Below are positions 1 to 12,787 of a stretch of 64,000 bases of DNA, one piece after another. Both the position numbers and the translations under genes were made by a program. Below the pieces are notes generated by a model. That model did no database searches, had not been told where the DNA came from, and worked only from the letters and a program-made list of their open reading frames with translations. This DNA is from an uncultured delta proteobacterium (GTDB taxonomy: Bacteria; Myxococcota_A; UBA9160; SMWR01), in NCBI GenBank assembly GCA_963832165.1, contig CAWHTE010000002.1, positions 32,001-96,000 of the forward strand, read 5' to 3'. Position 1 is the stretch's first letter, and each line of letters begins with the position of its first letter.

Positions 1-1322
1 TCGGCTGGGGATCGTGGTCGTCGACGGCCGTGCTGCCGTGGCTGGGCCACGCCGCGCTCGGCTTCGCCGACCCCGAGCCCGACCGGCGCTGGCGGGCGGC
101 CTGGCGCTCGGGACTGCTGCTCGCCCTGGTCGCGGCGTTCACGCCCGTCGCCTGGTTCTTCGCCGCCGCACTGGTCGTCGCGCATCGTCGGCGTCGGCTT
201 CGGCGATCGCGCCCGGCGCTGATGCGCGACCGCTCGGTCTGGGGCCCGCCGGCCGCGATGCTCGCGGCCGTGCCCGTGCTGCTCGCGCCGTGGTGGCTGC
301 CGGCCGTCGTGCACGGCGCCGCGCGCAGCCTGCTGCTCGACACCGGCCGGCTGCCCGAGCCCGAAGCTCGGCTTCGACGAGCTGCTCGCCGGCCGGCTGC
401 CCGGCGACCTCGGCGCGCCCTGGTGGCTGGGCATCGCCCTGGTCGTGATGGCCGTGCTGGCCCTGATCCCGTCGCGCACCCGGATCCCGGTGCTCGTGGT
501 GTGGATCGTCGCGCTCGTCGCGGCCGTCACCTCGGCCGCCCTCGGCGCGGTCGCTCTCGACCTGCCCGGTCGGCGAGGCCCGGCCGGGCCTGGGCTTCTT
601 CCTCGTCGTGCTGCGCGGCGCCTTCGTGGTCGCCGCCTTCATCGCCGATCCACGGCCTGGCCACCCGCGCGCGCCGCACCGGCACCGCCGCTGCGGCGGC
701 TGGTCCCGGTCGTGCTGACCGCGGTCGCGGCCGTGGTGCCCGGTGCTCGGCCTGGCTGGTTCGTGCTCGAGGGACCCGGCGAGCTGCACCGACGAGCGCG
801 ACACCGGCATCCCGGCGTACATGGTCGCAGGACGCGCTGCGCGGACCCGCGCACGGCATCCTGGTGATCCGCGGCAGCGTCGAGGACGGCCTCGACCTAC
901 GCCGTCCGCCGCGGCGACGGCGTCACCATCGGCGAGGACGAGATCCTCGCCGCCACCCCGAGCCGACGCCGAGTTCGACGCCGACGGTCCGGAGCTGACC
1001 TCGCGGCCGCGCGCGGCCGTCGTCGCGCGGCTGGCCGACCGCGGCATCCAGTACGTCGTGCTGCCGGCGCCCGCCGACGGCACGGTCGCCGCGGGGCTCG
1101 ACGCGTCCGGCGGCCTCGACCAGGCCAGCGCCGAGGACCGGTCCACCCGCGCCTGGCAGGTGAGCCGGCCGGTCGACGAGGACGCCCTCGACGGGCCCGA
1201 CGTCGTGGCTGCGCGTCGGGCTGCTCGTGCTGCAGGGCGTCGGCCATCGTGGTCGTGCTGGTGCTGTGCGCGCCCACCGGCGAGCGAGCGCGGGCGCGCC
1301 GCGGACGGAGGCCGAGTCATGA
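1..1322 (+). CDS. C-terminal part of large membrane glycosyltransferase family 2 protein (partial, several frameshifts)
   Basis: Hydrophobic segments and motifs (ARLADRGIQYVVLP..LDASGGL) spread over ORFs 30..998, 445..867 and 743..; usual position upstream of DUF5719 in actinobacteria. Confidence 0.55.
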
Positions 1323-2733
1323 GCCGGCAGGCAGACCCGGGCCGCCGGGCCGCGCTGCCGCCGCCCGAGCGGGTGGCCCGCGGCCTGCGCGCCCGCCTCA
1401 ACCTGACCGCCGTCCTCGCCGTGCTGCTGCCCGCCCTGACGGTCGGGGCGCTCGTCCGCTCGTGCGACGCCGCCACCGTCGACGAGACCTCGCACCCGCC
1501 GCGCGAGACGGGCCTCAACCTCTCGATCCTGACCTGCCCGAGCAGCCTCGACGACCGAGGCGAGGTCGTCGGTGGCGAGCGCGACCGGCCTCGCCGGCGC
1601 AGGTGGAGGCCATCGAGTCGGGCGGTGCGACGACATCCGTCGGACGTCCCCGCTGACCGGCCCGCCACTGCCGATGCCGGCGCCCGCGCGGTGACCGTCC
1701 GCGGCGTCGACGCGATGGCGCCCGGACTGCTGGCGTCCCGGCAGGACGAGGGCCCGGCGGCCGTGTCGTGCCGCGCACCCGCGTCCGACCAGTGGTTCAC
1801 CGGTCTCGGCGCCGCCGCCCGCCACTCGTCGGTCCTCGAGCTGGTCAACCCAGACCCCGGACCGGCGGTCGCCGACATCACCGTCATCGGCCCACGCGGA
1901 CCCGTCGACGCGCCGTCGCTGCGCGGGATCACCGTGCCCGGCGGCCGCAGCCTGCGGCTCGACCTGGCCCGCGAGATCCCGCTGCGCGGCGAGCTGAGCG
2001 CCCACGTCGTGGTCTCCCGCGGCCGGCTCGGCGTCTACGCCGCCGACACGTTCGACGAGCTGGGCCGTGGCGACGCCGGCACCGACTGGCTCGCCGCTCA
2101 GCAGCCGGCCCACGGACCTGACGCTGCTCGGGCTGCCGACCGGCAGCGGCACCCGCGCCCTCGTCGTGGCGCAACGACGGCATCGACGAGGCCCGGGTCG
2201 TGATCCGCGTGGTGACCAAGGACTCCGCGTTCCGGCCCGAGGGCCTCGACGACGTGCGCGTGCTGCCCGGCTCGGTGACCAGGGTCCCGCTGAGCGCGAT
2301 CCTGGGACCCGCGGTGAAGGACGGCGCCGTGGGCGTCCAGGTCGAGTCGACGCACCCCGTGACGGCCTCGCTGCGCTCCTTCGTCGAGGGCGATGTGTCG
2401 CTCTCGGTGCCGTCGTCCGCTGTCACCGAGGCGACCCAGGCAGTGCTGCCCGAGGGCCGGGCGACGGTCCTGCTGTCCTCCGACACCGTGAGCTCGGCCG
2501 AGGTGCTGGCCCGCCTGGCCGGCGGCAACAAGGACGTGCAGGAGGTCGACCTCGTCCCCGGTCGCACGGTCGCGGTCCGCCTCCCCGAGGGCGCCACTCT
2601 CGTCCAGGTGACACCCGTCGGCGGCGCGCTGCGCGGCACCGTCGTCAGCCGGGAGGGGGGCGCCACCGTGCTGGGGCTCCACGAGCTGGTGCGCACCGGG
2701 CTGGTGCCCGACGTACGTCCCGCCCTGCCGTGA
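1319..2733 (+). CDS. DUF5719-family secreted protein (frameshifted)
   Basis: CRAPASDQWFTGLGA..SVLELVNPD motif; N-terminal TM; continues in ORF 2200..2733. Confidence 0.65.
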
Positions 2734-3278
2734 GCCCCACGAGCGCGCCGTCCCCGGCGGTCCTCGACGCCTTCCGGATCACGGCCGAGCCCCGGCCCCT
2801 GGTCGCACCGACGTGGATCGCCGGCGATGTGGTGCTGAAGCCGGAGACCGACCCGGGCCTCCCGGCCTGGCTCGGCGAGGAGGCGTCGCGGGTGCGGCGC
2901 GCGGGATACCGCCTGGCCGATCCGGTACCCGCTCGCGACGGTTCATGGGTCGTCGAAGGGTGGGGTGCCACGAGCTGGGTGGCCGGTACCTCCGTGCCGG
3001 AGTCCGGCCCGACCGACGAGAAGTGGGCGCTGGCCCTGGAGGGCGGTCGGGCCTTCCATCGGTCCCTCGTGCGACTCGACCGACCCGACTTCGCGGACGG
3101 CCGGACGCCGGACCTCCTCGACGTCCTCCAGGTGTCCGTCCCGGCGGTCGCGCGCGCCATGCTCTTCCGGCTCTGGACCACCCACGAGCGAGTGACGGCC
3201 GGCGTGGGCCTCGACGACCTCGAGGACGAGGCACGCGCCTACTCGGCCACTGCGTCCGCGCTCGGGCTGGGCCAGTAG
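2730..3278 (+). CDS. TIGR02569-like / phosphotransferase-fold protein, apparently internally deleted
   Basis: GDVVLKP, PVPARDGSWVVEGWGAT and AFHRSL motifs; GTG overlaps previous stop; HGDL/DF core not seen. Confidence 0.5.
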   Translation: MSPTSAPSPAVLDAFRITAEPRPLVAPTWIAGDVVLKPETDPGLPAWLGEEASRVRRAGYRLADPVPARDGSWVVEGWGATSWVAGTSVPESGPTDEKWALALEGGRAFHRSLVRLDRPDFADGRTPDLLDVLQVSVPAVARAMLFRLWTTHERVTAGVGLDDLEDEARAYSATASALGLGQ

Positions 3279-3345
3279 TCGGTGCAAGCGCGCCCGGCAG
3301 CGGGGCGACCTTGCTGGCGCTGGCCTTCTGCCGGCCGCCACGAAG

Positions 3346-3807
3346 TCAGTCTCCCGCGTCGTACCTCGGGTCGACGTCCGCCGGCTCGATGCCCAGCAGC
3401 TCGGCCACCTGCTCGACCAGCACGGTCAGGACCAGCGCGTCCAGGTCCGCCCGGGTCTCACAGCGGTGCTCGATGGGCCGGCGGAAGAGCACCAGCCGCG
3501 TCGGCTTGCCACCGCTGCCGCGGATCAGTGACGAGAGCGGCACCGTCGCGGACGCCCAGTCGTCCGGGATCTGCGGCGCGTCCTCGACGCCGTACTCGAC
3601 GAGCCCGAGGCGGTCGGCCCAGCGACGTTCGATGTCGGCGACGATGTCGAGGACGAGGTCGTCGAACCGCTCCCGCGGCGTCGGCAGCACCGGCTCGCCC
3701 GGGCGCTCCGGCAGGATCGCCGGGCCGCGCATGCCCCGGCCGCGCCGGTCGCGGGAGGAGCGGCGACCCGCGCGCTCGGGACCTGCCCCCACCTCGACTC
3801 CGCTCAC
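3346..3807 (-). CDS. Zincin-like metallopeptidase family protein
   Basis: RERFDDLVLD..VEDAP..LFRRPIE..VLVEQVAELLG..VDPRY; divergent from DUF3499 as usual in actinobacteria. Confidence 0.75.
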   Translation of the reverse strand: MSGVEVGAGPERAGRRSSRDRRGRGMRGPAILPERPGEPVLPTPRERFDDLVLDIVADIERRWADRLGLVEYGVEDAPQIPDDWASATVPLSSLIRGSGGKPTRLVLFRRPIEHRCETRADLDALVLTVLVEQVAELLGIEPADVDPRYDAGD

Positions 3808-3857
3808 GGCAGCGAGCCTAAGCCTCGGCCCCGGTGACGGCAGGTACGGTCGGCGAC

Positions 3858-4217
3858 GTGAGTCTGACCCGACGCTGCTCCCGCACCGCGTGCGGTCGGC
3901 CGGCGGTCAGCACCCTGACCTACGTGTACGCCGACTCGACCGCGGTCCTGGGCCCGCTCGCGACCTACGCGGAGCCGCACGCCTACGACCTGTGCGAGGC
4001 CCACTCCGAGCGGCTCAGCGCGCCCCGCGGCTGGGACGTCCTCCGGCTCGCACCCGACCCGCGGGCGGCCGGACCCACCACCGACGACCTGCTCGCCCTG
4101 GCGGACGCCGTCCGCGAGGCGGCGCGACCCGTCCCGGTCACCGTCTCGGCCCCGGCCGCGGAGACGGGACGCGAGGTGGCCCGCAAGGGACACCTCCGGA
4201 TGCTCACCACCGACTGA
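3858..4217 (+). CDS. DUF3499 family protein
   Basis: RRCSRTACGRPAVSTLTYVYADSTAVLGPLA..HAYDLC..H..PRGW. Confidence 0.85.
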   Translation: MSLTRRCSRTACGRPAVSTLTYVYADSTAVLGPLATYAEPHAYDLCEAHSERLSAPRGWDVLRLAPDPRAAGPTTDDLLALADAVREAARPVPVTVSAPAAETGREVARKGHLRMLTTD

Positions 4218-4252
4218 CCAGGGCCCGAGTGCCCTGGCCTAGAGTCCCTGCC

Positions 4253-5623
4253 GTGACCAGCCTGGATCCCGCGACCGTCCGCGCGATCTTCAAGGCGTAC
4301 GACGTCCGCGGCACCGTGCCGGACCAGGTCGACGAGGAGCTCGCGCGCCGCACCGGCGCCGCCTTCGTCCAGGTGCTCGGGGCCGAGACCATCGTCATCG
4401 GCCACGACATGCGGGCCAGCTCGCCCGGCCTCGCCGACGCGTTCGCCCTGGGCGCCGCGCACGCCGGCGCCGACGTGGTCCACATCGGGCTGGCCTCGAC
4501 CGACGGGCTCTACTTCGCCTCCGGCCACCTCGGCCACCCGGGCGCGATGTTCACCGCCAGCCACAACCCGGCCGAGTACAACGGGATCAAGCTGTGCCGG
4601 GCCGGGGCCCAGCCGGTCGGCATGGAGTCCGGCCTCGCCGAGATCCGGGACGCCGTCCTGGCGGGCGACCCGCCGAGCTCGGACCGCCAGGGCACCATCA
4701 CCCGCGTCGACCTGCTGGCGGCGTACGTCGACCACCTGCTCGGCCTCGCGCCGGTCACCGGCCGGCACCTCAAGGTGGTGGTCGACGCCGGCAACGGCAT
4801 GGCCGGGTACACCGCCCCCGCCGTGTTCGACGCCCTCGGCGCCGACCAGGCCGAGGTCGTCCCCATGTACTTCGAGCTCGACGGCTCGTTCCCGAACCAC
4901 GAGGCCAACCCCATCGAGCCCGAGAACCTCCGCGACCTCCAGGCCCGGGTGGTGGCGGAGGGTGCGGACATCGGGCTCGCCTTCGACGGCGACGCCGACC
5001 GCTGCTTCGTCGTGGACGAGCAAGGGCGCGCGGTCTCGCCGTCCACGCTGACCGCGCTGATCGCCGCCCGCGAGCTGCGCCGCGTCCCGGGCGCCAACGT
5101 GATCCACAACCTGATCACCAGCCGAGCGGTCCCGGAGATCGTCACCGAGCTCGGCGGCACGCCCGTGCGCACGCGCGTCGGCCACTCGTACATCAAGGCG
5201 ACGATGGCCGAGACCGACGCGGTCTTCGGCGGCGAGCACAGCGGGCACTTCTACTTCCGCGACTTCTGGCGCGCGGACTCGGGCATGCTCGCCGCGCTGC
5301 ACACCCTGTCCGCGCTCGCCGGCACCGACCGTCCCCTGTCCGAGGTCGCCGCGGAGTACGAGCGGTACGTCGTCAGCGGCGAGATCAACTCCACCGTCGA
5401 CGACCAGGCCGCGATCGTCGCGGAGATCGAGACGGCGTACGTCGGCAACGGGGCCGACGTCGACCACCTCGACGGACTGACCGTGACCACGGGAGACTGG
5501 TGGTTCAACGTGCGCCCGTCGAACACCGAGCCGCTGCTGCGGCTCAACGTCGAGGGCAAGGACACCGCCACCATGGAACGGGTCCGCGACGAGGTCCTCG
5601 CCCGCATCAGGAGGGACACATGA
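4253..5623 (+). CDS. manB: Phosphomannomutase/phosphoglucomutase
   Basis: FKAYDVRG, TASHNP, FDGDADR, GGEHSGH, RPSNTEP motifs; TAGAGT 7 nt before GTG. Confidence 0.93.
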   Translation: MTSLDPATVRAIFKAYDVRGTVPDQVDEELARRTGAAFVQVLGAETIVIGHDMRASSPGLADAFALGAAHAGADVVHIGLASTDGLYFASGHLGHPGAMFTASHNPAEYNGIKLCRAGAQPVGMESGLAEIRDAVLAGDPPSSDRQGTITRVDLLAAYVDHLLGLAPVTGRHLKVVVDAGNGMAGYTAPAVFDALGADQAEVVPMYFELDGSFPNHEANPIEPENLRDLQARVVAEGADIGLAFDGDADRCFVVDEQGRAVSPSTLTALIAARELRRVPGANVIHNLITSRAVPEIVTELGGTPVRTRVGHSYIKATMAETDAVFGGEHSGHFYFRDFWRADSGMLAALHTLSALAGTDRPLSEVAAEYERYVVSGEINSTVDDQAAIVAEIETAYVGNGADVDHLDGLTVTTGDWWFNVRPSNTEPLLRLNVEGKDTATMERVRDEVLARIRRDT

Positions 5624-5785
5624 ACATCGACCCGGCCCTGCGTCGAGCTGATCGTCTGCCCGAGCTGCCACGCCTCCCTCGACGAGGTGGGCGAGGAGCT
5701 GGTGTGCACCGGGTGCGGGCTGGCCTACCCCGTCCGCGACGACATCCCCGTCCTGCTCGTCGACGAGGCCCGCAAGCCGGACTGA
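5620..5785 (+). CDS. Trm112-family protein (1-nt frameshift)
   Basis: Read by hand: MNIDPAL/ELIVCPSCHASL..LVCTGCGLAYPVRDDIPVLLVDEARKPD. Confidence 0.8.
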
Positions 5786-5806
5786 CGACGCCCCGAGTGA
5801 TCTGAC

Positions 5807-6848
5807 ATGCCGCCGCCCACCTGGTTCGACGAGTCGAGGCTCGACGACGACTCCGCGCTGACCATGGCCGACTCGTCGCTGCGCCAGCTGGCGGAGTCCG
5901 GTGCCCGGGTCCGGCGCGAGGCCGTCGAGGCCGAGTCCGCACTGGCCGAGGCCGTCGCCATCGCCCGCGAGCAGGCGCCGGCCCCGCGCGGTGGTGGCCG
6001 CCGGTCCGGACTCCCGGCTGCTGCGGGCGGCCCTGGAGCCGTGGTGCCCGGTGCCCTTCGTCGCCTGGCCGAACCCGGGCCTGCCGGGGTGGGCCGGCGG
6101 TCTCGACCTCGTCGTCGTGCTCGCCCCCGACGGGGGAGACGTCGGTACGGCGTCCGCCGTCGCGGAGGCCGTCCGTCGCGGCTGCCAGGTCGTCGTCGCG
6201 GCGCCCGCCCCAGTCGCTCGTCGGCGCAGCACGCGGCCGGCCGCTGGAGCTCGATCCTGCCCACCACCGCCCGCGACCAGCTCGCCACCGCCGTGCTCGT
6301 GCTGGAGTACCTCGACCGCGTCGACCTCGGGCCGCCGGCCGACCACGAACAGGTCGCCGAGGCCCTCGACCGGGTGGCCATGTCGTGCTCCCCGCACCGC
6401 GACATCGCGGTCAACCCGGCGAAGATCCTGGCGATCGCCCTGGCCGACGCCAACCCGGTGGTCTGGGGCGGCTCGGTGCTGGCCGCCCGCGCGGCGCGGC
6501 GGGTGGCCGAGTCGATCCGCCGGGCCAGCGGCCGGACGGCCATCGCCGGCGACGCCGAGCACCTGCTGCCGGTCATCGAGCGGGTGGCCCCGCGCAACGT
6601 GTTCGACGACCCGTTCGCCGACGAGCCCGGCGACCTCCGGCCCGTCCTCGTCGTTCTCGACGACGGCGCCGACGACGTGCTGGTCCGCGAGCAGCGAGGC
6701 CGGCTGCAGGCGGCGCGCCGCCGAGCACGGCGTCCGCACCGAGACCGTCGACGCGGACGCCACGTCGGAGGTGGCGCGCTACGCCTCGCTGCTGCTGAGC
6801 GGTCGCTACGCCGCCGAGTACCTCGCGATCGGGCTCGTCAGCGACTGA
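5807..6848 (+). CDS. SIS-domain protein (TobH / PGI-PMI-like), frameshifted
   Basis: LRQLAESGARVR, LPGWAGGLDLVVV, NPAKILA, FDDPF motifs across three frames; follows manB-trm112. Confidence 0.7.
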
Positions 6849-6872
6849 CCGCCACCCGGTAGCCTTCGCGGC

Positions 6873-7867
6873 ATGTCGGCTGAGGGAGGCACCAAGGCGG
6901 TCGTGGCGGCACTGCTGGCCAACACCGGCATCGCGGTCACCAAGTTCATCGCGTTCTTCCTCACCGGGGTGAGCTCGATGCTGGCCGAGGCGATCCACTC
7001 GGTCGCCGACGCCGGCAACCAGGGGCTGCTGCTGCTCGGTGGCAAGCGCAGCCAGCGGGAGGCGACCGAGGAGCATCCCTTCGGCTACGGGCGCGAGCGC
7101 TACATCTACTCGTTCATCGTCGCGATCGTGCTCTTCAGCGTCGGCGGGCTGTTCGCGCTCTACGAGGCGTACCACAAGTACCACGAGATCCACGAGGCCC
7201 ACGGCCACCCGGAGGACTCCATCCTCGACAGCCGGTGGTGGTGGGTGCCGCTGGTCGTGCTCGGCATCGCGATCGTCCTGGAGTCGCTGTCGTTCCGCAC
7301 CGCCATCATCGAGACCAACAAGGTCCGCGGCGACGCGTCGATCGTACCAGTTCATCCGGCGGGCCAAGCAGCCGGAGCTGCCCGTCATCCTCCTCGAGGA
7401 CCTGGCGGCGCTGCTGGGCCTGGTCTTCGCGTTCGTCGCCGTGTCGCTCGCGCTGATCACCGAGAACCTGTACTTCGACGTCGGCCGGCACCGCGCTCAT
7501 CGGGGTGCTGCTGGTCGTGGTGGCGATCACCCTGGCCATCGAGACCAAGAGCCTCTTGCTGGGCGAGTCGGCCACGCCCGAGGCCGAGGCCCGGATCCGC
7601 GATGCCCTCGACGACCACGAGGGAGTCGACCGGGTCATCCACCTCAAGACCCTGCACCTCGGTCCCGAGGAGGTCCTCGTGGCGGCCAAGCTCGGCATCC
7701 GGCCCGGCACCACGATCGAGGAGCTGGCCGAGACCATCGACGCGACCGAGCGGGCCATCCGCGCGGCCGAGCCCACGGCGCAGGTCATCTACCTGGAGCC
7801 CGACCTCTACCGGGCCGACCACGTCCCGGACGAGCGTCCCGAGCCGCCGCCGGCCGCCGGCCACTGA
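6873..7867 (+). CDS. Cation diffusion facilitator transporter (frameshifted)
   Basis: MLAEAIHSVAD, HPFGYGRERY, LLEDLAAL, ETKSLLLGES, HLKTLHLGPEE. Confidence 0.85.
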
Positions 7868-7885
7868 GGCCACCGGGCTTCGGCG

Positions 7886-8563
7886 TCAGGCGTTGAACCG
7901 GTAGCCCATCCCGCGCACGGTGCTGATGGTGCCGGCGCCGAACTTGCGCCGCAGGTACCCGACGTACACGTCCACCACGTTGGAGCCGGGGTCGAAGTCG
8001 TAGCCCCACACGTGGTCGAGCAGCTGCTCGCGGCTGAGCACCTGGCCGGCGTTCAGCATGAACACCTCCGCCAGCGCGAACTCGCGGGCCGACAGCTCGA
8101 CGTCGCGGCCGGCCGCGGTGGCCCGCCGCGTGCGGAGGTCGAGACGGACCCCACCCACGAGGAGGACGTCCTCGCGCGGGGGACCGGCGGCGGCCGCGGC
8201 GTCGGCCTGACGCAGCCGCACCCGCACCCGGGCGAGCAGCTCGGCGAACCGGAACGGCTTCGGCATGTAGTCGTCGGCGCCGCCCTCGAGCGCCGACACG
8301 GTGTCGGTCACCGAGTCGCGGGCCGTCAGCACGATCACCGGCAGCCGGCTGCCCTGTGCCCGCAGCGCCTCCAGCACCTCGAACCCGTCGAGCCCGGGCA
8401 GGCCGATGTCCAGCACGAGCAGGTCGAACTGCCCGGACAGCGCCTCGTCGAGGCCCTGCCGCCCGTCGCCGACGACCGTCGGCTGGTGGCCCTCGGCGCG
8501 CAGGCCCTTGGCCACGAACGACGCGATGCGCTCCTCGTCCTCGAGGATCAGGATGCGGGCCAT
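7886..8563 (-). CDS. OmpR-family response regulator
   Basis: ILILEDE, LDIGLPGLDG, GADDYMPKPF, VWGYDFDPGSNVVDVYVGYLRRK, TVRGMGY. Confidence 0.92.
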   Translation of the reverse strand: MARILILEDEERIASFVAKGLRAEGHQPTVVGDGRQGLDEALSGQFDLLVLDIGLPGLDGFEVLEALRAQGSRLPVIVLTARDSVTDTVSALEGGADDYMPKPFRFAELLARVRVRLRQADAAAAAGPPREDVLLVGGVRLDLRTRRATAAGRDVELSAREFALAEVFMLNAGQVLSREQLLDHVWGYDFDPGSNVVDVYVGYLRRKFGAGTISTVRGMGYRFNA

Positions 8564-10014
8564 CGGTCCTCCCTGCCGGGCGGGTAGGCGCAGCTCGAAG
8601 CGCGCCCCGTGGGGGACGGCGTCCCGGACGCCGACCGTGCCGCCGTGGGCCTCGGCGATCGCCCGGACGATCGAGAGCCCGAGCCCGAAGCCCTCGTCGC
8701 CGGGCGCGACCTCGGCGCGGCCGAACCTCTCGAAGATCCGTTCGCGGTCGGCGGCGGGTACGCCGCGTCCGGAGTCCTCGACCCACAGCAGCACCGAATG
8801 CTGGTCGCGCGCCGACCCCAGCGCGATCCGGTCACCCGGCCGCGTGTGCTTGACGGCGTTGTCGGCCAGCGCCAGCACGGCCTGGGTGACGCGCTGCTCG
8901 TCGACCAGCACCGTCCCGCTGCCCTCGGCAGCGAGCACCCAGTCCCGGTCGCCGAGAGCCCGGGCCTTGGCCACCAGCGACACCGTCAGCTCGGTCGAGG
9001 TCCGTCGGACGCAGCTGCACGAAGTCGGGTCGGCGGCTCTTGGCGAGCAGGATCAGGTCGCCGACGAGCCGGCTCATCCGGTCCACCTCGTCCAGCAGCA
9101 CGGCGCGGGTGCGGTCCACCTCGTCGGGGTCGTCGGAGTCGAGCAGCTCGAGGTGGCCGCGCAGCACCGTCAACGGCGTCCGCAGCTCGTGCCCGGCGTC
9201 GTCGAGGAACCGCCGCTGCGACTCCACGCCGTCCTCGAGCCGGTCGAGCATGTCGTTGAACGTCCGGGTCAGCGCCGTGATGTCGTCGTTCCCGGTCTCC
9301 GGGATCCGCTGCGAGAGGTCGCTGGTCGTGATGTCGCTCGCGATCTCGCGCACCGACCGCAGCGGGGCCAGCAGCCGTCCCGACTGCAGGGCGGCGAGCA
9401 GCGTGATGAGCGCCGAGCGAGAGCACCGCGACGACCGCGTAGGTCCGCAGCGTGCTCTCGAGCTCGGAGTGCTCGTCGTCGAGGAAGTTGATGATCACCA
9501 GCGCGCCGTCGGTGGTCTCGCTCCGCACGGGCACGGCGGTGACCCAGACCTCGCCGTACGTCGCGTCGTCGATCTTGCGGGTGCCGCCGTCGGCGAGCAG
9601 CGACCCGACCGCGGCCAGGTACTGCGGGTCCTCGAGGAAGCTCTCGCCGTACCGGTTGGGCGTGCGGCTGCGCGGCCGGTCCCCTTCGTAGCCGACGAGC
9701 ATCTCGTCGTCGTCCGGGACGTTGCGTTCGAGGAAGACCGTCACCAGGCGCAGCGCGTCGGCGAAGCGGGCCCCGGTCTCGGGGTCGACGCCCTCGCGCT
9801 CGAACACGCGGAACTCGTCGATCTCCTGGTCGATCTGCTCGGTGACGCCGGCGTCGATGCGCGCCGACTCGAGCGTCCAGACGAGCACGCCGGCTCCCGT
9901 CATCGCGAGCAGGGTGAGCAGCGCGATGACGACGGTGAGCCGGGTCCGGACGGAGACCTGGGCGAGGCGCCGCACGCGCGCACGGTCAGTCGTCCCCGCC
10001 GCTGGTGTCGTCAT
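8548..10014 (-). CDS. HAMP sensor histidine kinase (frameshifted)
   Basis: Two TMs, HAMP, DAGHELRTPLT H-box, DNAVKHT, EDSGRGV, GFGLGLSIV. Confidence 0.85.
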
Positions 10015-10293
10015 CGGTCCGATCGTCGCCCTCCGGTCCCGGCCCGTCGTCGTCGTCCGCCGTCATCCTCGCCCACCCGGGTCGGGGTGGGGTTGACGAC
10101 GCGGACGTCCCCGTTCGTCCTGCTCGTCGTCCCGCTCGTCGCGCGGCGAGGGCTGCTGCGTCGGGGAGCCGTCGAGGATCACGGGCGTCCGGGGGCCGGG
10201 GTCGGGAGGCGCCGCGGCGAGCCGGCCGCCGACGTACGCGAGCACGGGCAGCGTCACCAGGAGCACCACCGCGGCCTTCAGCCCGGACCTCAT
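10011..10293 (-). CDS. Small secreted/membrane protein with acidic low-complexity tail (frameshifted)
   Basis: MRSGLKAAVVLLVTLPVLAYVGG then Pro/Asp-rich; first gene of the two-component operon. Confidence 0.5.
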
Positions 10294-10324
10294 GGACCGA
10301 TCGTCGGGGGCTCGGGTGGGTGCC

Positions 10325-10354
10325 GGATGAGAGGTGGATGAGAGGACTCTCATC
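10325..10354. promoter_or_regulatory. Tandem direct repeat GGATGAGAGG x2 (11-bp period) plus inverted CTCTCATC; candidate OmpR-type binding site
   Basis: Seen directly about 30 nt upstream of the two-component operon. Confidence 0.5.
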
Positions 10355-10462
10355 GACGCCGTGACGGCAGGGCCAGCGGCACGTCGAGGATTCTTTGTCC
10401 GGTGTGACCCAGGTCTAATCTGATCGGGCTTCGAACCGCCGCACTCTCGTGAGGATCACTCC

Positions 10463-11907
<1,445 letters not shown>

Positions 11908-11917
11908 GCCATGCTTC

Positions 11918-11964
11918 CCGAAGGGGAGGGATACCCGCTCGAGCGGGTATCCCTGCCCCTTCGG
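11918..11964. terminator. Long hairpin (23-bp arms, one bulge) downstream of ahcY; probable terminator
   Basis: ccgaaggggagggatacccgctc / gagcgggtatccct-g-ccccttcgg. Confidence 0.55.
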
Positions 11965-12066
11965 CGTCGTTGCAACGACGCCAAAGAGGCAGCAACGACG
12001 CCACAGGTCGGTCGTCAGATGCTGCATCACCAGAGTTTCTGACGGGCACGCTGGCAAGATTGCGGC

Positions 12067-12765
<699 letters not shown>

Positions 12766-12787
12766 GCCTGCAGGGCAGCGAACGCCG

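Noticed and set aside
7886..8983. Apparent kinase ATPase domain-response regulator fusion
   Set aside because: The neighbouring frame gives a normal kinase end overlapping the regulator ATG (..REDRWPAS*, with GGAGG SD); one indel explains the fusion
10360..10462. Possible SAH riboswitch upstream of ahcY
   Set aside because: I could not find the GAGGAGCG..AGGCTC core; a covariance-model search would settle it
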